Origin: Xylographa opegraphella
Lineage: Eukaryota
DNA: 64,000 bases
Assembly: GCA_022813865.1 (NCBI GenBank)
Contig: JALDZX010000037.1
Location: 1-64,000 of the forward strand
Reading direction: 5' to 3'
The position numbers and the translations under genes are program-made. Each line of letters begins with the position of its first letter. The stretch's first letter is position 1. The notes under the pieces are model-generated. The model searched no databases. It saw only the letters and a list, made by a program, of their open reading frames with translations, and had not been told where the DNA came from. Positions 1-16,700 of the stretch are shown in pieces.

Positions 1-983
1 CTCCCCCAACGCAGCACGCAGCTCAGCACTATACGCAACATCGCCGCCCTAGCCCATCAATTCTCCCCACCCCCTACCTCCCAGTCTCCCAATCCCCCAT
101 ACCGCCTCAAAAAGCACCCTTCCCCCCAATCGGTGCAACCAAAGCCCCACAAAGGACCACTTATTGTTTCCGCCGACCCCGCAACCCTCGACTCTAGGGC
201 ATGAAGCGTAGAAAGCCGGAAGCACACAATTCTTTCTTTCCTGGAGCATCACACCGGGATGCGGAGATACCTCCGGTAGAATGTGCCCATTGACAGGTTA
301 CCTAAGATAGATTGTGAAGCGGATGCATAGCACTTTCCCTGATCTTCTTCCCCCCACCTCGGTTGTCCCGTGTAGTTTAGGATAGCAAGGGTCTTGTGTT
401 GGCCTTGGAGAATGTGGGTTCAGATGCCGGTAGTAATGAGATGATGGGATGGTATGGAGCCATGCATTCAAGAGATGCCGAGGTGGTGGTTGAAAGGAAT
501 TCTGTGATTATTCCTTCGTGCCTTCATGCGCATGGGATGGTGGGGGCTGGCTGGCTGTGGCTTGCACGACTCGACGCCGAGCATAGTAGCAGAACAGGAA
601 ACAGAACGACCGGCGATATCGAAATCAACTTTACAGAATGTGACAATGCGTGGTTTGGCACTTGCTTTGGAATCCAATGTTACCAAATGAGTGTCTAAAT
701 CATCTTAAAGGTACACAGGACTCCGGTCGCCCGCTGCTGCACATCCCACATTAAAGCAGTGCAAACAAACAAACTACCGACGCCAAAAGTCTCAGTGCTA
801 CCAGTCCCATCCGATCATAACCTCTAACCTTTAATGAACACAAGCAATTGTCCAAGTGTCGCCATAGCACCGAGGTTTCCACAACAGCATATGATAGTTC
901 GGACGGTCCAAGAACCAGGTATTCCTTCCTACCTTCGCCTCCATTACCAATACCATCTATCATCAATCGAACGGAATGTTGAA

Positions 984-1203
984 GCTCAACATGTAGACAT
1001 AGACCAAGGTCAGTCGATACACGGAGCACTCAACAATCCCGAACTCGATCGACGAAGATAGGACTCTGCTAAATTCAGCACATAGACATACACCGAAGTC
1101 AGTCGATATGTGCTGAATATAGCCAGCCTGCTCCACAGCGAGATAGCGAGACAACTAACCAGATACGTAGACATACACCGAAGTCAGTCAATACGTAAAA
1201 GGT
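984..1203 (-). repeat. Three copies of a ~20-nt core, each closed by its own inverted repeat (stem-loop array)
   Basis: Core gacatacaccgaagtcagtc at 1085-1104 and 1170-1189, with a variant gacatagaccaaggtcagtc at 996-1015. The flanks differ between copies but are self-complementary, e.g. attcagcacata (1073-1084) / tatgtgctgaat (1107-1118). Confidence 0.85.
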
Positions 1204-1427
1204 CAATTGCCGTGCGATCAAGTTATGAAGTGGTGAATGGAGATGGTGGTAGGAATATGTGGTGATAGACCGTCGAACAAGGTATTGGTGTAACGACAGG
1301 AAAAGTGATGGACAGTGCTATGGAGACATGGTTGCAAAAAAAGGAGCGTAATAGTGGTAATCGAGCATAGAATGATGAAAACGTCCGGCGTCTCGGAGAA
1401 GCGGTAGAATCTTTGGTCTCCGATGCT

Positions 1428-2788
1428 TCAAAAGATGGACAGTTCGTCACAGGCTTCGTTTCCATACACCAGACTCTCACCCTCCAAACTTCCGGCCAAA
1501 GTGTTTCCGAGGGGTGTTTGAAATGTATGCTCTGGAGTAGTTTCCTCCTCATCCTTCGCGCTTTCACTTTCCCAAATCTCGATCTCCGCAGAAGATTCTT
1601 CTAGGCTCACAACTGGGCATACCACGGGAGTAGTGACGTCGGCTTTCTGGGTCACATCAATCTTAGCGGGGAAACCCTTCCATCCATCTTGAGAGCTTGG
1701 CATGCTAGCAGGCTCAGAAGAAGCAGCCACAGTGAGACTCTTATCGGTTAGACACTCGTTGGGCTTCTCGGTCTTATCATCAGTTGTCTCTGCGGGAACG
1801 ATAATGTAAGATGACACATCGCATCCATCAGCGTAGAAGTCGGCAGCGTCGAGGTCTCCAAGTGGTGTACGCGGCTCGTCAGTCATCACATCTTGTCGGA
1901 AACCTGATCGTGTTGCGACAACCATTGATGGATAGTCGGTAGGTGGAATATTTTCCTTTCCCCGATCATCATTTGCAGCACGACGACTTTCATCGTCAGA
2001 AATATCAACAGTTTGAAACGAAAATGACATAACGTTTCCAGTTTCCTCTTCCGGAGTATCTTCATGGATATCGAACATCCAGCCATTGGGGATAGATTCC
2101 TCAAGAGTAGGAACAGTGATGGCTGCTACAGGTTCCGCTTTGTACGATGAAACGGTGCCTGATAAGGCAGCATCAATAGAGAAAGGCATGCCATTGGCCA
2201 GACCAAAGGTCGGAGGATCAACCCTTGTGAAGGGTGATGACGATACCCTGCGGCGAGAAAGGATGCCAATACGTTTACTCTTGGGGGAACGACCAGCTGT
2301 GGCTGGGGCCGATGATGGTGTAGCAGCCTTGCGTGTTGAAGGACGGACAGCATCGAGGCGCTTTGGAGTGATGATGGGTCGTGCTAGAGCGGTAGGTGCA
2401 TCATATGTACTTTTCAAGACAAAATGAGAAACCTTGGCTGGCTTGATGGGATTGCCGTAAATATTCTTGGCTTTCTTCGAGGACGATTTGAGGTTCATGG
2501 GATCAATGTTCTCGGAGTCGACATCGTCGAAAGAGGGTGAGTATCGACGCTTGACTGGGGAAGCGAGAACTATAGGTGTAGCTACGAACGCGTTAATTAA
2601 CGTGTTAATCAAGCAAGAGATGGCTGACAGTATTGAAAAGGGAATTGTCGTCGTGAACTGTGCGCGTCAAGGATTTTATACATACCATTTTGACGATTCT
2701 TAACATTCGTGAGGTTGCGAAGTCTCGGTCCATCGAGACATGCGAAAGGCTGTCTTGCAGGAGACTGATACTGTGCGACAATGGCCAT
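1428..2788 (-). CDS. Disordered fungal protein with ABBA, KEN and D-box degrons (Acm1-like candidate)
   Basis: ATG at 2788 (MAIVAQYQSPARQPF). A phase-1 intron 2685-2582 (GTATGT...TAG) joins it in frame to the 394-aa ORF. Motifs FDIHED, GKENIPP and RTPLGDL, and many SP/TP sites. Confidence 0.8.
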
Positions 2789-3611
2789 TGCTAGCTCAAA
2801 AGCCAAAGGGCTTGGATGCTACTGGAGGTGGTGATGGTACGCCGAACTGGTGGTCTTGTTTGGAAGGAAACAAAGATGAAGATAAAAAAAAAAATTTGCA
2901 CACAGTCTGCTAGGTCAAGACTTAGTACTGAATTACACGACTAGCACAGTGAATGTCGGTGTGTTAATGAGAAAAAGGTGTTGAAGCTCTTCATGATGGC
3001 AGAGCCTGAGAAATTAGGACCATAGGTGATAAGTGGGGAACCCAACAGTGTATATCCTCCCTTTCTCCGCCGAGCAGACAAGAATTGGGCACTAGACCTT
3101 ACCTAGACACACTTCGTCGAGGAGCAATCAGAGGGCAAGAAACACGTCGGAGCAGCGCGCTGCTGAATCAACACTAATGCAGTCACGGCACCTTGCTTTG
3201 CAGCGCGACCCAGACGTGTCTGTGGGAGCGAGGCTCTCAGGCGCCGAGGCGCCAGTCGGAGATAGGGATAGCGTAGCAGTACGATGACGGCAAATGTGCT
3301 ACGCCGAAGCAGGAGCAAGGAAGAGTGCTTGAATGCGAAGGACGAGAGAGAGTGAGGATTGGTTGCTTGAGAAGGAAGACTTTCAGACTGTGGCGTTTGT
3401 TGGAGACGTTTTGTTTGGTGGGAAGCGAACGAGTTCGGCTCGGTTGATACGCGCTACGGGAGAAGTCTTGGCAAACACGACCCAGGCGCGAAATAGCAGC
3501 GCTAGACCAAGTTGATGTTAGTCTGGCACACTCACTACGGTGTCAGACCAAATCTGTGTCATTGGCATTCATTACTGTACAACCACTGCTTGTGCACGTT
3601 TCTGCTGCCGC

Positions 3612-3686
3612 TGCCTCAGGTTACCGTTCGTTGAGTATTGTGCCTCAGGTTGCCGTTCATTTGGTGTGCTGCCTCAGGTTACCGTT
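3612..3686. repeat. Tandem repeat, 29-bp period, 3 copies of tgcctcaggtt(a/g)ccgtt
   Basis: Copies start at 3612, 3641 and 3670. Confidence 0.9.
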
Positions 3687-5029
3687 GTTTCCAATAATCT
3701 GCATATCAACCTTACAGCGTGGGAACACTCCCAGTGCTCTCTTTCACAAGCCTCTGCTACGAATAGACGATTGTGCATATGCAGCCCCTCGTCCTCTCAT
3801 ATTATACTCACATGTCGATCACGCGTTCTTGCACGTACATGTGGAAAGCGACTGGCTCATGATAGGAGCCCTGGGGGGGATCGTCCGGACTATTGTGTAT
3901 GATTTCTCTCTTGTTTGAGATCATCTTCGACGTTGTCACCAATGTCCCACTATTCGACTGGTCATTCCACCTGATGTATGTTCCCACAGGCAGACGGACC
4001 GACTTTCGAACAAGTGATAAGCCCTCGACTTCCTCCCTAGACCACGGCTTCCTTATATCCCAACTGCCGGTCAAGTTTATCCCCTGTTTCGAAGCGTTTC
4101 ATTCCTTCGTATCAAGTCCGATTAATGATGCCGGCTACTGAAACCATTGTTCAGTACCATCAGAATCTTACTCTTCGCTGGGTACTTGTGTATGTTTCGA
4201 AGCCATTGGATGCGCTGACAGGCTAACCCAAGCACTGCGTGAAGACTTGAGCTTAGAGATGGAGAATGTTCAGCGGATCAGGCAATTGCTGTTTCATTGA
4301 AAAGATCCCTGCCCAGCATGACTCTCATGGGTTGTGTGGTGGAAGGATGGCTTGGTCCATCATTATTCTCTGCTTGTTAGCCTACGCGCTATTGGCTTGT
4401 TGCCTGGGACGTCAGGACTCGGTGCTGCAGACTTATATTGACTCGACAGGCAGCATATACATTGTGACGGCAAGTATCTTCGGGTCTTCCATGCTGTGAG
4501 CCTGTGGGTGCGTCTGTGGGTGCATCGCCAACGCACGTAGGCGAGGGCACTTCGCGTACGAAGATCTAGTGTAGCTACGTATAAGATTAACGGATTAAAG
4601 ACGAGGCATCGTTCACCCAGTTTCGAGGTGCAAATCCCCAAACAATCAGCTTCCACTTCCGAGCATATTTCCCCGGAGACTGATGGAAGCGTTCCCGGGA
4701 GGATGTGATTGCTCCGGTATGTCACGCACAAGGCGCCGCTGTCGGTATCATCTACGAGGCAAACGGCTTCGGAGACAAAAGTCACAGTAAGACAAAACAT
4801 GATCTATGGGAGCACGTCGGATATGGGAGAAATTTTTGTTTGCAGAACGCGGAGCTATAGCTCACGCTTGGCCTATGTTTCTGTCTCTTGCCCGACACTA
4901 AAACTATCCAGTCTTCGGGACCAGCTATTGGAATTGACAGTGAAACTTTTTTGACGACTCTCGCAGATAACTGAGACACTGGTATATAGATAAAAATATA
5001 TATACAAGAACATCATACGGTCAACCGGT

Positions 5030-6877
5030 CTATATGTATTTATATGGATTCATAATGCCGTTCTGCAAGCAATGTGAGCGTCTCGACCTAACGGGTAACG
5101 TCATACATAATACGACTGGAATGGAACGTACCGGATCGTAAAGATTCTTGATCTGCTTCATCAACCTGATCATGGTCTCGCTCCGGCTGTACCCAATATA
5201 CGGCTTCTTCGCGACCCCCAGACCATGCTCTGCACTGATACTTCCATGACGCTTCTGAATCCACTCGTAGATGAAGGGCTCCAGCGTTTTTTCAACGTTC
5301 TTGTCGAAGCTGCGCGTGACGATATTGAGATGCAGATTCGAATCGCCCATGTGCCCGTATCCTACGACACCCACCACGGGGTGACTGTCAGTATCCCCGA
5401 CCAAGCCCGCTTTCGTCAATCGCTCACGGGTGTCCTCGACCAGCGAATACATTTCGGCAATGGGGATCGAAACATCGTATTTGTAGACCCCGCCGAAGTG
5501 CCCCAGACTCTCAGCAATACCTTCACGCCATCCCCAGAGTGCTTGCATTTGAGTCTCGTCCTGTGCGAGAACACCATCGACGACAATTTCCTCACCCATG
5601 ACGTGCTCCAAGAATGCTTCCAACTTTTGGCTGTCGTGGTCGGAATTGGAGCCACTGGTTTCTATGAGACAGTAGAACGGATATTTGCCTTCCAGCGGAC
5701 GCTTATTCTTCGTCGCAGTATGCACAAGATCCTGGCTCTCGCCATCCATCAGCTCGAAGGCGGAGAGGATCTCAGAGAGCTTGCCCTTGGCTTCCCGAAA
5801 TGCTTGTTGGACCTTCTCGAAGCTCTCAAGACCGAAAAAGGCAACGTTCATAGCTTTGGAACGTTGAGGGCAGTGAATGGAGACACCAGTTATAATGCCT
5901 ATGGTCCCTTCACCTCCGATGAAGAGCTGCTTGATATCATAGCCCGTATTGTTCTTCCTTAGTGTTGTCAAGTCATCGACGATGGTTCCATCCGGTAAAA
6001 CGGCTTCTATTCCAAGCACATTACCGTGCATGCTACCATAACGCAGCAAGCGAAGTCCGCCAGCATTGGTAGCAACATTGCCCCCTATGTGACATGAACC
6101 CTTTGCGCCCAAATCCAAGGGGAATATGTGACTCCGTTCTGCTAGATATTTATCGGCGACCTCGAGTATGACACCGGCATCGACTACCAGAGAGCCAGAA
6201 ACCTCATCAAACGACCGTATCTGGTTGAGTCTGGAGAGGCTGATCACAATCTCGTCGAAAACAGGCACAGATCCTCCGACGAGGCCAGAATTACCACCTT
6301 GTGGCACCACAGCCAGCATGTTATCATTGCAGTATTTCAATACCTTGCTGACCTCTTCTGTCGAACCAGGCTTCACAACGAGTTTTGTATGCCCCTTATA
6401 CTTGCGCATCCAATCAGTATTGAAGGCCTCCAGATCGTCTGTGGCATCATTCGATACGCCATCGATGATAGCTGATCCAGTTCCAACGATTTTCTTCAGA
6501 GAATTTACGTGGTCAATAGTGATCTACACAACATTAGAAGGGGATTCAGTCATGTATTGGCAGCGAATTTCTACCGGCGAAAATCTATCATCCCTCTTGA
6601 TATCAAGATACCTGTGCAGTAGACATCAGCACAGTGAGGGCGTTCACAAGAGCTGTTGAATAGCGCACGATTCGGAAGTGAATTTAATGTGATGGTGAGA
6701 GCTCGCAGAACCTTGAACGCCCCCATCAGCATCTGGTTGGAGGGGCTCCGTAGATGCGGTACTCCAACGAATCTGTGTTGTGCACTTGGAGAATGAAAGA
6801 TACTCCGGACAAATACATGGCTTTGCCAATGGTCTAAGCTGGCGGCAAGCACCTAACAGTCGCGACCGCATCGCCAT
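5030..6877 (-). CDS. DLD2: Mitochondrial FAD-linked D-lactate/D-2-hydroxyglutarate dehydrogenase
   Basis: [46 protein letters not shown] and C-terminal NGIMNPYK. Arg-rich N-terminal presequence. Three introns, the last at 5131-5063. Confidence 0.93.
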
Positions 6878-7337
6878 TTGGTGGGACAGTGGACAGAGAG
6901 AAGAATCCTACATAATTGAACGGCACAAGAGCCCGAGTGCCCTAACCTACAGAATTCGACGTCATCCTCGCTCGGCACGTCTTGCCGAAAGGGTTTCCCG
7001 GGTCCGACTTATATGGATTGACTAAGGTAAGGTACCTTAACATACGAAGCTATTCGTAAGTACAACAAATCAATAGACCTCGACCCTTTATGCTCCTGGT
7101 TTCAAAGTTCCGATAAGTTCATACTCGTAAAGCCTTTCCACGTATTGACATCTTGACCGACCTAAGCTTACAAGAACACGGTATATTCCAAGCCTTCCCG
7201 CAACGAATTGTCTACTTTCACAATGCATGCGGCAAGTTCGAAGAAGACCTGATAGCCGCCCCATTGAAAGTCTACGATCCTGATGACTCCGAGATGGTGG
7301 TCAAACGCCCCGCTGTCTTTGTCAATGCAAATTGTTG

Positions 7338-11363
<4,026 letters not shown>

Positions 11364-12007
11364 ATTCTCTGCAGGCTCTCCAGAAGGTGAAGTCTTGGAA
11401 AATGCTGCGTGATGGGATAAGAAAGTCCTGTATAAAGTTCCAAGGTTATAGTCCACACCCGTAAAAAAGCTTGGAGAAGCTACGAGCCGCCACAGGCGTG
11501 CGGTGGGTCGTGAAAGCAGAGTAATCAGATAAACAGCCGCGCCGATGGCCAGGAGTTATCCATTAGTTGAGTAGGAGGGGATAAAGTGGAGGAAGAAAAC
11601 TACTATTTACACGAGTCAGCTCATTCTCGACGGGAAAGAGTCGAAGTTTGACCATGCATACTCGTCATCGGTACATGGGGCTATTCACTAAATGCTCAAC
11701 ATGGGCGGGACTGGCTTTGAGATAACTTTGAAAGCCACTTATGGGGGGACCAATACTGTTATCACGACGTTGACTGTTGTTTCGTACTCCATTCTCTTCC
11801 AAGAAAGTTTGTCTTCCTGCGGGGCAGTGAGCTATGCTGCTCTGTCGTTTAGTTTGTCTACGCGCAAACTAATAATTTTGTAGATGGGTACGTCTTTCCT
11901 CTCTGGAATCCCTTGACACAGCGTTCATGTGTGATGGTAGATTTTAGAGAGCGAACAGGTTCTGTTTGAGCGCTCTGCGTACCAGCGATCCGCATGGCCC
12001 AGTGGAC

Positions 12008-13440
12008 ATGCTATTCAGCACTCCCAGGCGTGCTCCAACGACCGCCTGGGCCCTGCAGATGACTGCCGCTCGGCATGTAAGCTCTGCTGCTCCTCCATGG
12101 CGACCAGCAGCGATTCTTGATGAATACGTTACACGCGAAGCACGACCTATAAGTCTTCGTCAATTGACTTTTTTTGGAAGAACTCTGACTGAGAGCCGTT
12201 TGATCAGCTCCGCCAATTATGTTCGTACTGAGCTTCCAACCAGGTAGGCTTCACCCCTTAAATATCAACAGCTCTTCAGTGACTGACCAGGTACAGATTG
12301 GCACACCGCCTTCGTGATATGCAGACATTGCCCTATGTGGTGGTAACTAATGCTCACATATCTCAAGTATACGAGCTCTACTACAAAGCATTTGAAACTT
12401 TGAGAAGAGTCAGGGAGATCCGTACGGTGGAGGATAACGAAAAATACTGCTCTACTATAAGCGGCACTCTCAAAGAACATCTCACAGTCATACCTAACCT
12501 TGCAATGGGCGTACTGGAATGTCAAGATCTTATGCCGGCGGAGCAGATGGACAAGTTCATGAATACCTTGCTCAGATCGGTAGGCGTGGTTCCTGACATG
12601 TATGAGTTCCACTGAAGCCTCTAGCGAATATCTCGGCGCGTTATCGCTGAGCAGCATCTTGCCCTCACCGAAACCTTCAGCTCGCCGTGGCATTTGCCAG
12701 AGACAAAAGCTCAACTCGAATCTACCACGGATTTTGTAGGAGAAGTATTCCTGCGTTGCAACGCTCGTGAAGTGATACAGAGCTGTGGGCTCTTATCTCA
12801 GCACCTTGCAAAGCAAGCCTTTGGAGAATCTTGTGCCGTTCCAGAAATCACAATAGAGGGCCATTTGACAGCTACATTTCCCTACATATTAAGCCATCTA
12901 GAGTATATCATTGGGGAATTGCTCCGCAACTCTGTTCAGGCAGTCATAGAACGGTACAAAGTTCTCCCAGGAGCAATGCCGCCTATTGAGGTTCTAATAT
13001 GTGAAGCTCCTCAACATGTGATAATAAGGATTTCGGATCAAGGTGGTGGTATTCCATCCGAGATCTTGCCTTACCTGTGGTCATTCAGCAAGGGACCGCG
13101 GAGCGAGGCCCGATTGAAGAACCTTCTTAGGGTCCCGAAAATGGCTGCAACGATGCAAGAACTTCAGCAATCTGACCAAGTCGCTACATATCCTGGTCAG
13201 AAGACGACGTCTAAAGGATTTCAAGTATATGAAAGCTCTCTGAGCACTTTGACCTCCAGGCCACCTAATCTTAGGCTTGGTATGGGCTTGCCCATGAGCC
13301 GGGTATATGCCGAGTACTGGGCTGGAAGCCTGGAACTTCATAGTCTGGAAGGATATGGGGTTGATGCTTTCCTGCAAATCTCGAAATTGGGCAACAAAAA
13401 CGAGCAGTTGAGTACTAGAGCGAGTATGGATGCTGTTTGA
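12008..13440 (+). CDS. Mitochondrial alpha-ketoacid dehydrogenase kinase (PDK/BCKDK family), 2 introns
   Basis: PISLRQL and ELPTRLAHRLRDMQTLP; GHKL motifs ELLRNS, ISDQGGGIP, GMGLPMSRVYAEYWAG and SLEGYGVD. Confidence 0.92.
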
Positions 13441-13718
13441 CGGTTATGTATATATGGACACCCTACAGATATTACTTTTCCAAGGCTACCGTACAAATTT
13501 TCTGTTTGTTGCGCCTGCCGTACATACAGTTCACTCTGGTTGCGCCTGCGAACAACAGTCACTTACCCTTCGTGTCTTTCCTTCCATCTGTAGCTCGATA
13601 GGAACATCCACTTCATTGCGTCCATATATGTTCACTTGCCTTATCCTTCCAGGTCATTCGTGCATCACAGTGGTATTGTGCATCGTTAGTGAAGTCACCA
13701 GTCTATCATAGTATCAAT

Positions 13719-16700
13719 ATGGCCACAGCGAAGGCTAAGGAGCCAAATGTGTAAGTCATGAACTACAACGCATGTAGACTTCGAGCTAATGCAAATCAGC
13801 ACATCACATGTCCTTTTCAACAATGCTTTCGAGAAAGTATTATCAACCAATAAATGCCATTCTGAGAAGATGCTACCTTGGGGATCTCCCTCGATATCCA
13901 AGGCATGGCAGCCAAGTAGCATACGCAAGGCATCAACAACACATGGAGATCTCTCCAACTTGAGACCGAAGTCGCCACCACTGATGGTCTTTATGACACC
14001 GAATAGCGGTATTCGACATGTCCCACGTTATGGTTACTTCGACAAATCCAGTGACCTCCCAGTGTTCCCCGAAACACCCTCAATTAAGCCTCGACTTCAG
14101 CGCCTTCGAAAGGTATGAAAGACTCCTAGAAGCATCTTGAATTAAGTGCTAATAATCTAGGAACTCATAAAAACCCCTACGTATGACTCTAACGCCAAAC
14201 TCATCTCTTACAGGACCCGAAGTCCAAGAAAAATTGAATCTTCAATTGCTGGAAGCCCACTACAGACGCGATGCATTCTGACTGGACTTGACTGCGCTTA
14301 CGAGTCTCCTGTAGCTCTGTATAAGCCGAGAGTACAGCTCCCCGAACTTCAATTTCCGCTTTATATTGGCGATCCGCAAGGGTTATCCAGCCTACGTAAC
14401 AGTCATACGATCGAACAACTCGATAACTATACCGTCTGGACCCAGTTGTCTTTTGAGACAGCAGAGATACTATATGAGATTGACCGCCTCGTTACCTCTT
14501 GCACTGAGGATCTGCTTGCCGAAAAACTGGCGCACCTCGATATGGCTACTTCGAAGCCGGCCGCCAACGTTTATACGACTGTCGAGGGTATAATTCGAAA
14601 CTTATACCTTCTTAGCTTCAATGTAAGTGAGCTTATGGATATTGTGTTCGAAAGAATGCGGCTTGATTATTATCATCACACGTCAACGTATTCGCCAGAG
14701 CTACTCAGAGAATTATTTCTGCTCTACCTGCTTTCCCGTAACAACATCGACAAGAAAACTGCAGATGGAAAAACATATGGTACCATGACTCTTGGACTGC
14801 AACCGAGTGGAGGAGTTCATGCTCCCCATTCTCGGGCTGAGGTGGTCCAGCGATCGGACATACTTCTGTTCCCTTGCCTCGATATCCTACCCAGGGAAGG
14901 CTCCATGGTTGAAATCAGGCCAAGATACCACCGAGGCGTTTTTGATGAGAGAAACGACGACTATTACTCGGATGTGTCATACAGCATTGTCGATCTACCG
15001 CCGTGGCTACATTGGGACGACAAAATATTGGGATGGACTGGCTGGGTCCCGATGTATTCGGAACTTCGAGGCATGTCAACACCCGGTAGACAAATAATTA
15101 ACGGTGGTCGTGACGGTCCTTACGCAGTATTACATCTGTTGCGCTTAGAGGTCAAGGCAACTCTCATTGTCCGGCATTCATCGTTATCGATCGGCTTGAA
15201 GCGCACCGTGCGAACGCGGTTGACGCTCAAAGTCGTTCCATGGTATGCTGCAAAACGCCCGCAGACTCCGTTGTCATCATGGCAGCATGAGCACTGCACT
15301 CAAAACGATTCTGCAGCCGTTGATTCAAAGTTCCAGGACTACCTTGCCAAGTGTCAGAAAACCTTGGAATCTCCCGCAGGAGAATCTCTAGGAAACCAGA
15401 GTTATGGCTCACGGATTATCGATGAGATCGACTGTAATATTATCTTTAGACCGGATTTACGCAATGCTCGCGACTTGACCACAATATCAGACTGGGGATC
15501 GCTTTGCAACATGGACAGTGGCTGTCGGACAGACGAGCATTTTCTGCATCACCCAGGTCATGTCCATCCACCGAGGGTAGGCGAACATAGCAAACCACAT
15601 CGTGTTCAAGATTTTCACGGGTCGTCTGCTACTGGGAGCGCTTATGAGCTTCAGGAGTATCCGGCAAGCGATTCTGCATTATCTTCTAACTCAGTGCAAT
15701 CACAGCATCGCCAAGGAGATCATCAGCTCCACAAATGTAAATCCGCAACTAGGACCAGCGAAAATTGTTCCAGGAACAACGACTACCATACCAGAGATTG
15801 GCAAGGGAGAAATTCAACTAGTGACGGAAGTAATTCCAAATATGAGCTAACTGAGTCTGAGCCCGACATATTCAACTTACATAAACGTGATATGCGGGAC
15901 GACACCCTCCAGTATGCTTCGCCGGAGCTTTATCAAATGGCCCAGGTTCTCCATCAACCGGAGTTACAGGTTCATGGAGCTCAGCGATCAGCCGTCACAC
16001 AGGGTGAGCACTATGCACCCTCTGAGATTTCAGGCTATAGCATTAGCTCAAATACAGCTACTGCGGACTCGGAAAATCAGCAGGACGGCAAAGGGGGCGT
16101 GCGCTTAAGCGGAACGGAAGAAGAGACGGAGGATACAAAATCCCAATCGTTGTCGCCAAGTTTGACGCCTTACATTACTTGTCTCATCAATCGATTCGCT
16201 CCGCTCCGGGAATTGAGAACGAACAGTTCTAATTCTGGAGTGACGTCAAGCTCGCTGTCATCGGACCGCGAAGCTTTAGAGACCAGGTTTGCAGTACCTT
16301 ACGCAGCGTGTAGAGACCAAGAGGCTTCAGATGAAGAAGCGGAAGCGGTGAGAACGGAAGACTATCACAGGTTCGATTCAGGGTGCTATCTGGCGGATCA
16401 TCAGGCCGGAAATGACAACATTGATGTCACCGATTCCATATCGCAGCGCGGACTAGGTACAAAAGCCGAAGACACGGAGCCATCACGCATCAGGGTCTTG
16501 GCGGAGCTCAAGAGCAAAAGTACTAGGAGCAACAGTGACAGGAGTATGAGCAGCGATGCTTCCATACAACAGACCGTGTCGCCGCAAGAGACACCGAAGC
16601 TCGGACCCATGGTACGACAATTCTCACCTACAGAGCTCTTGCCGTGCCCAGCTATGGCCGGTGAACGATCGCCGCCAGCTTATACGCAAAGCCAGAAAAG

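Noticed and set aside
996..1189. CRISPR array (repeats with unique spacers); likewise 3612-3686
   Set aside because: Eukaryotic context, no cas genes, only three copies. The spacers are 65-69 nt and pair around the repeat, or are only 12 nt.
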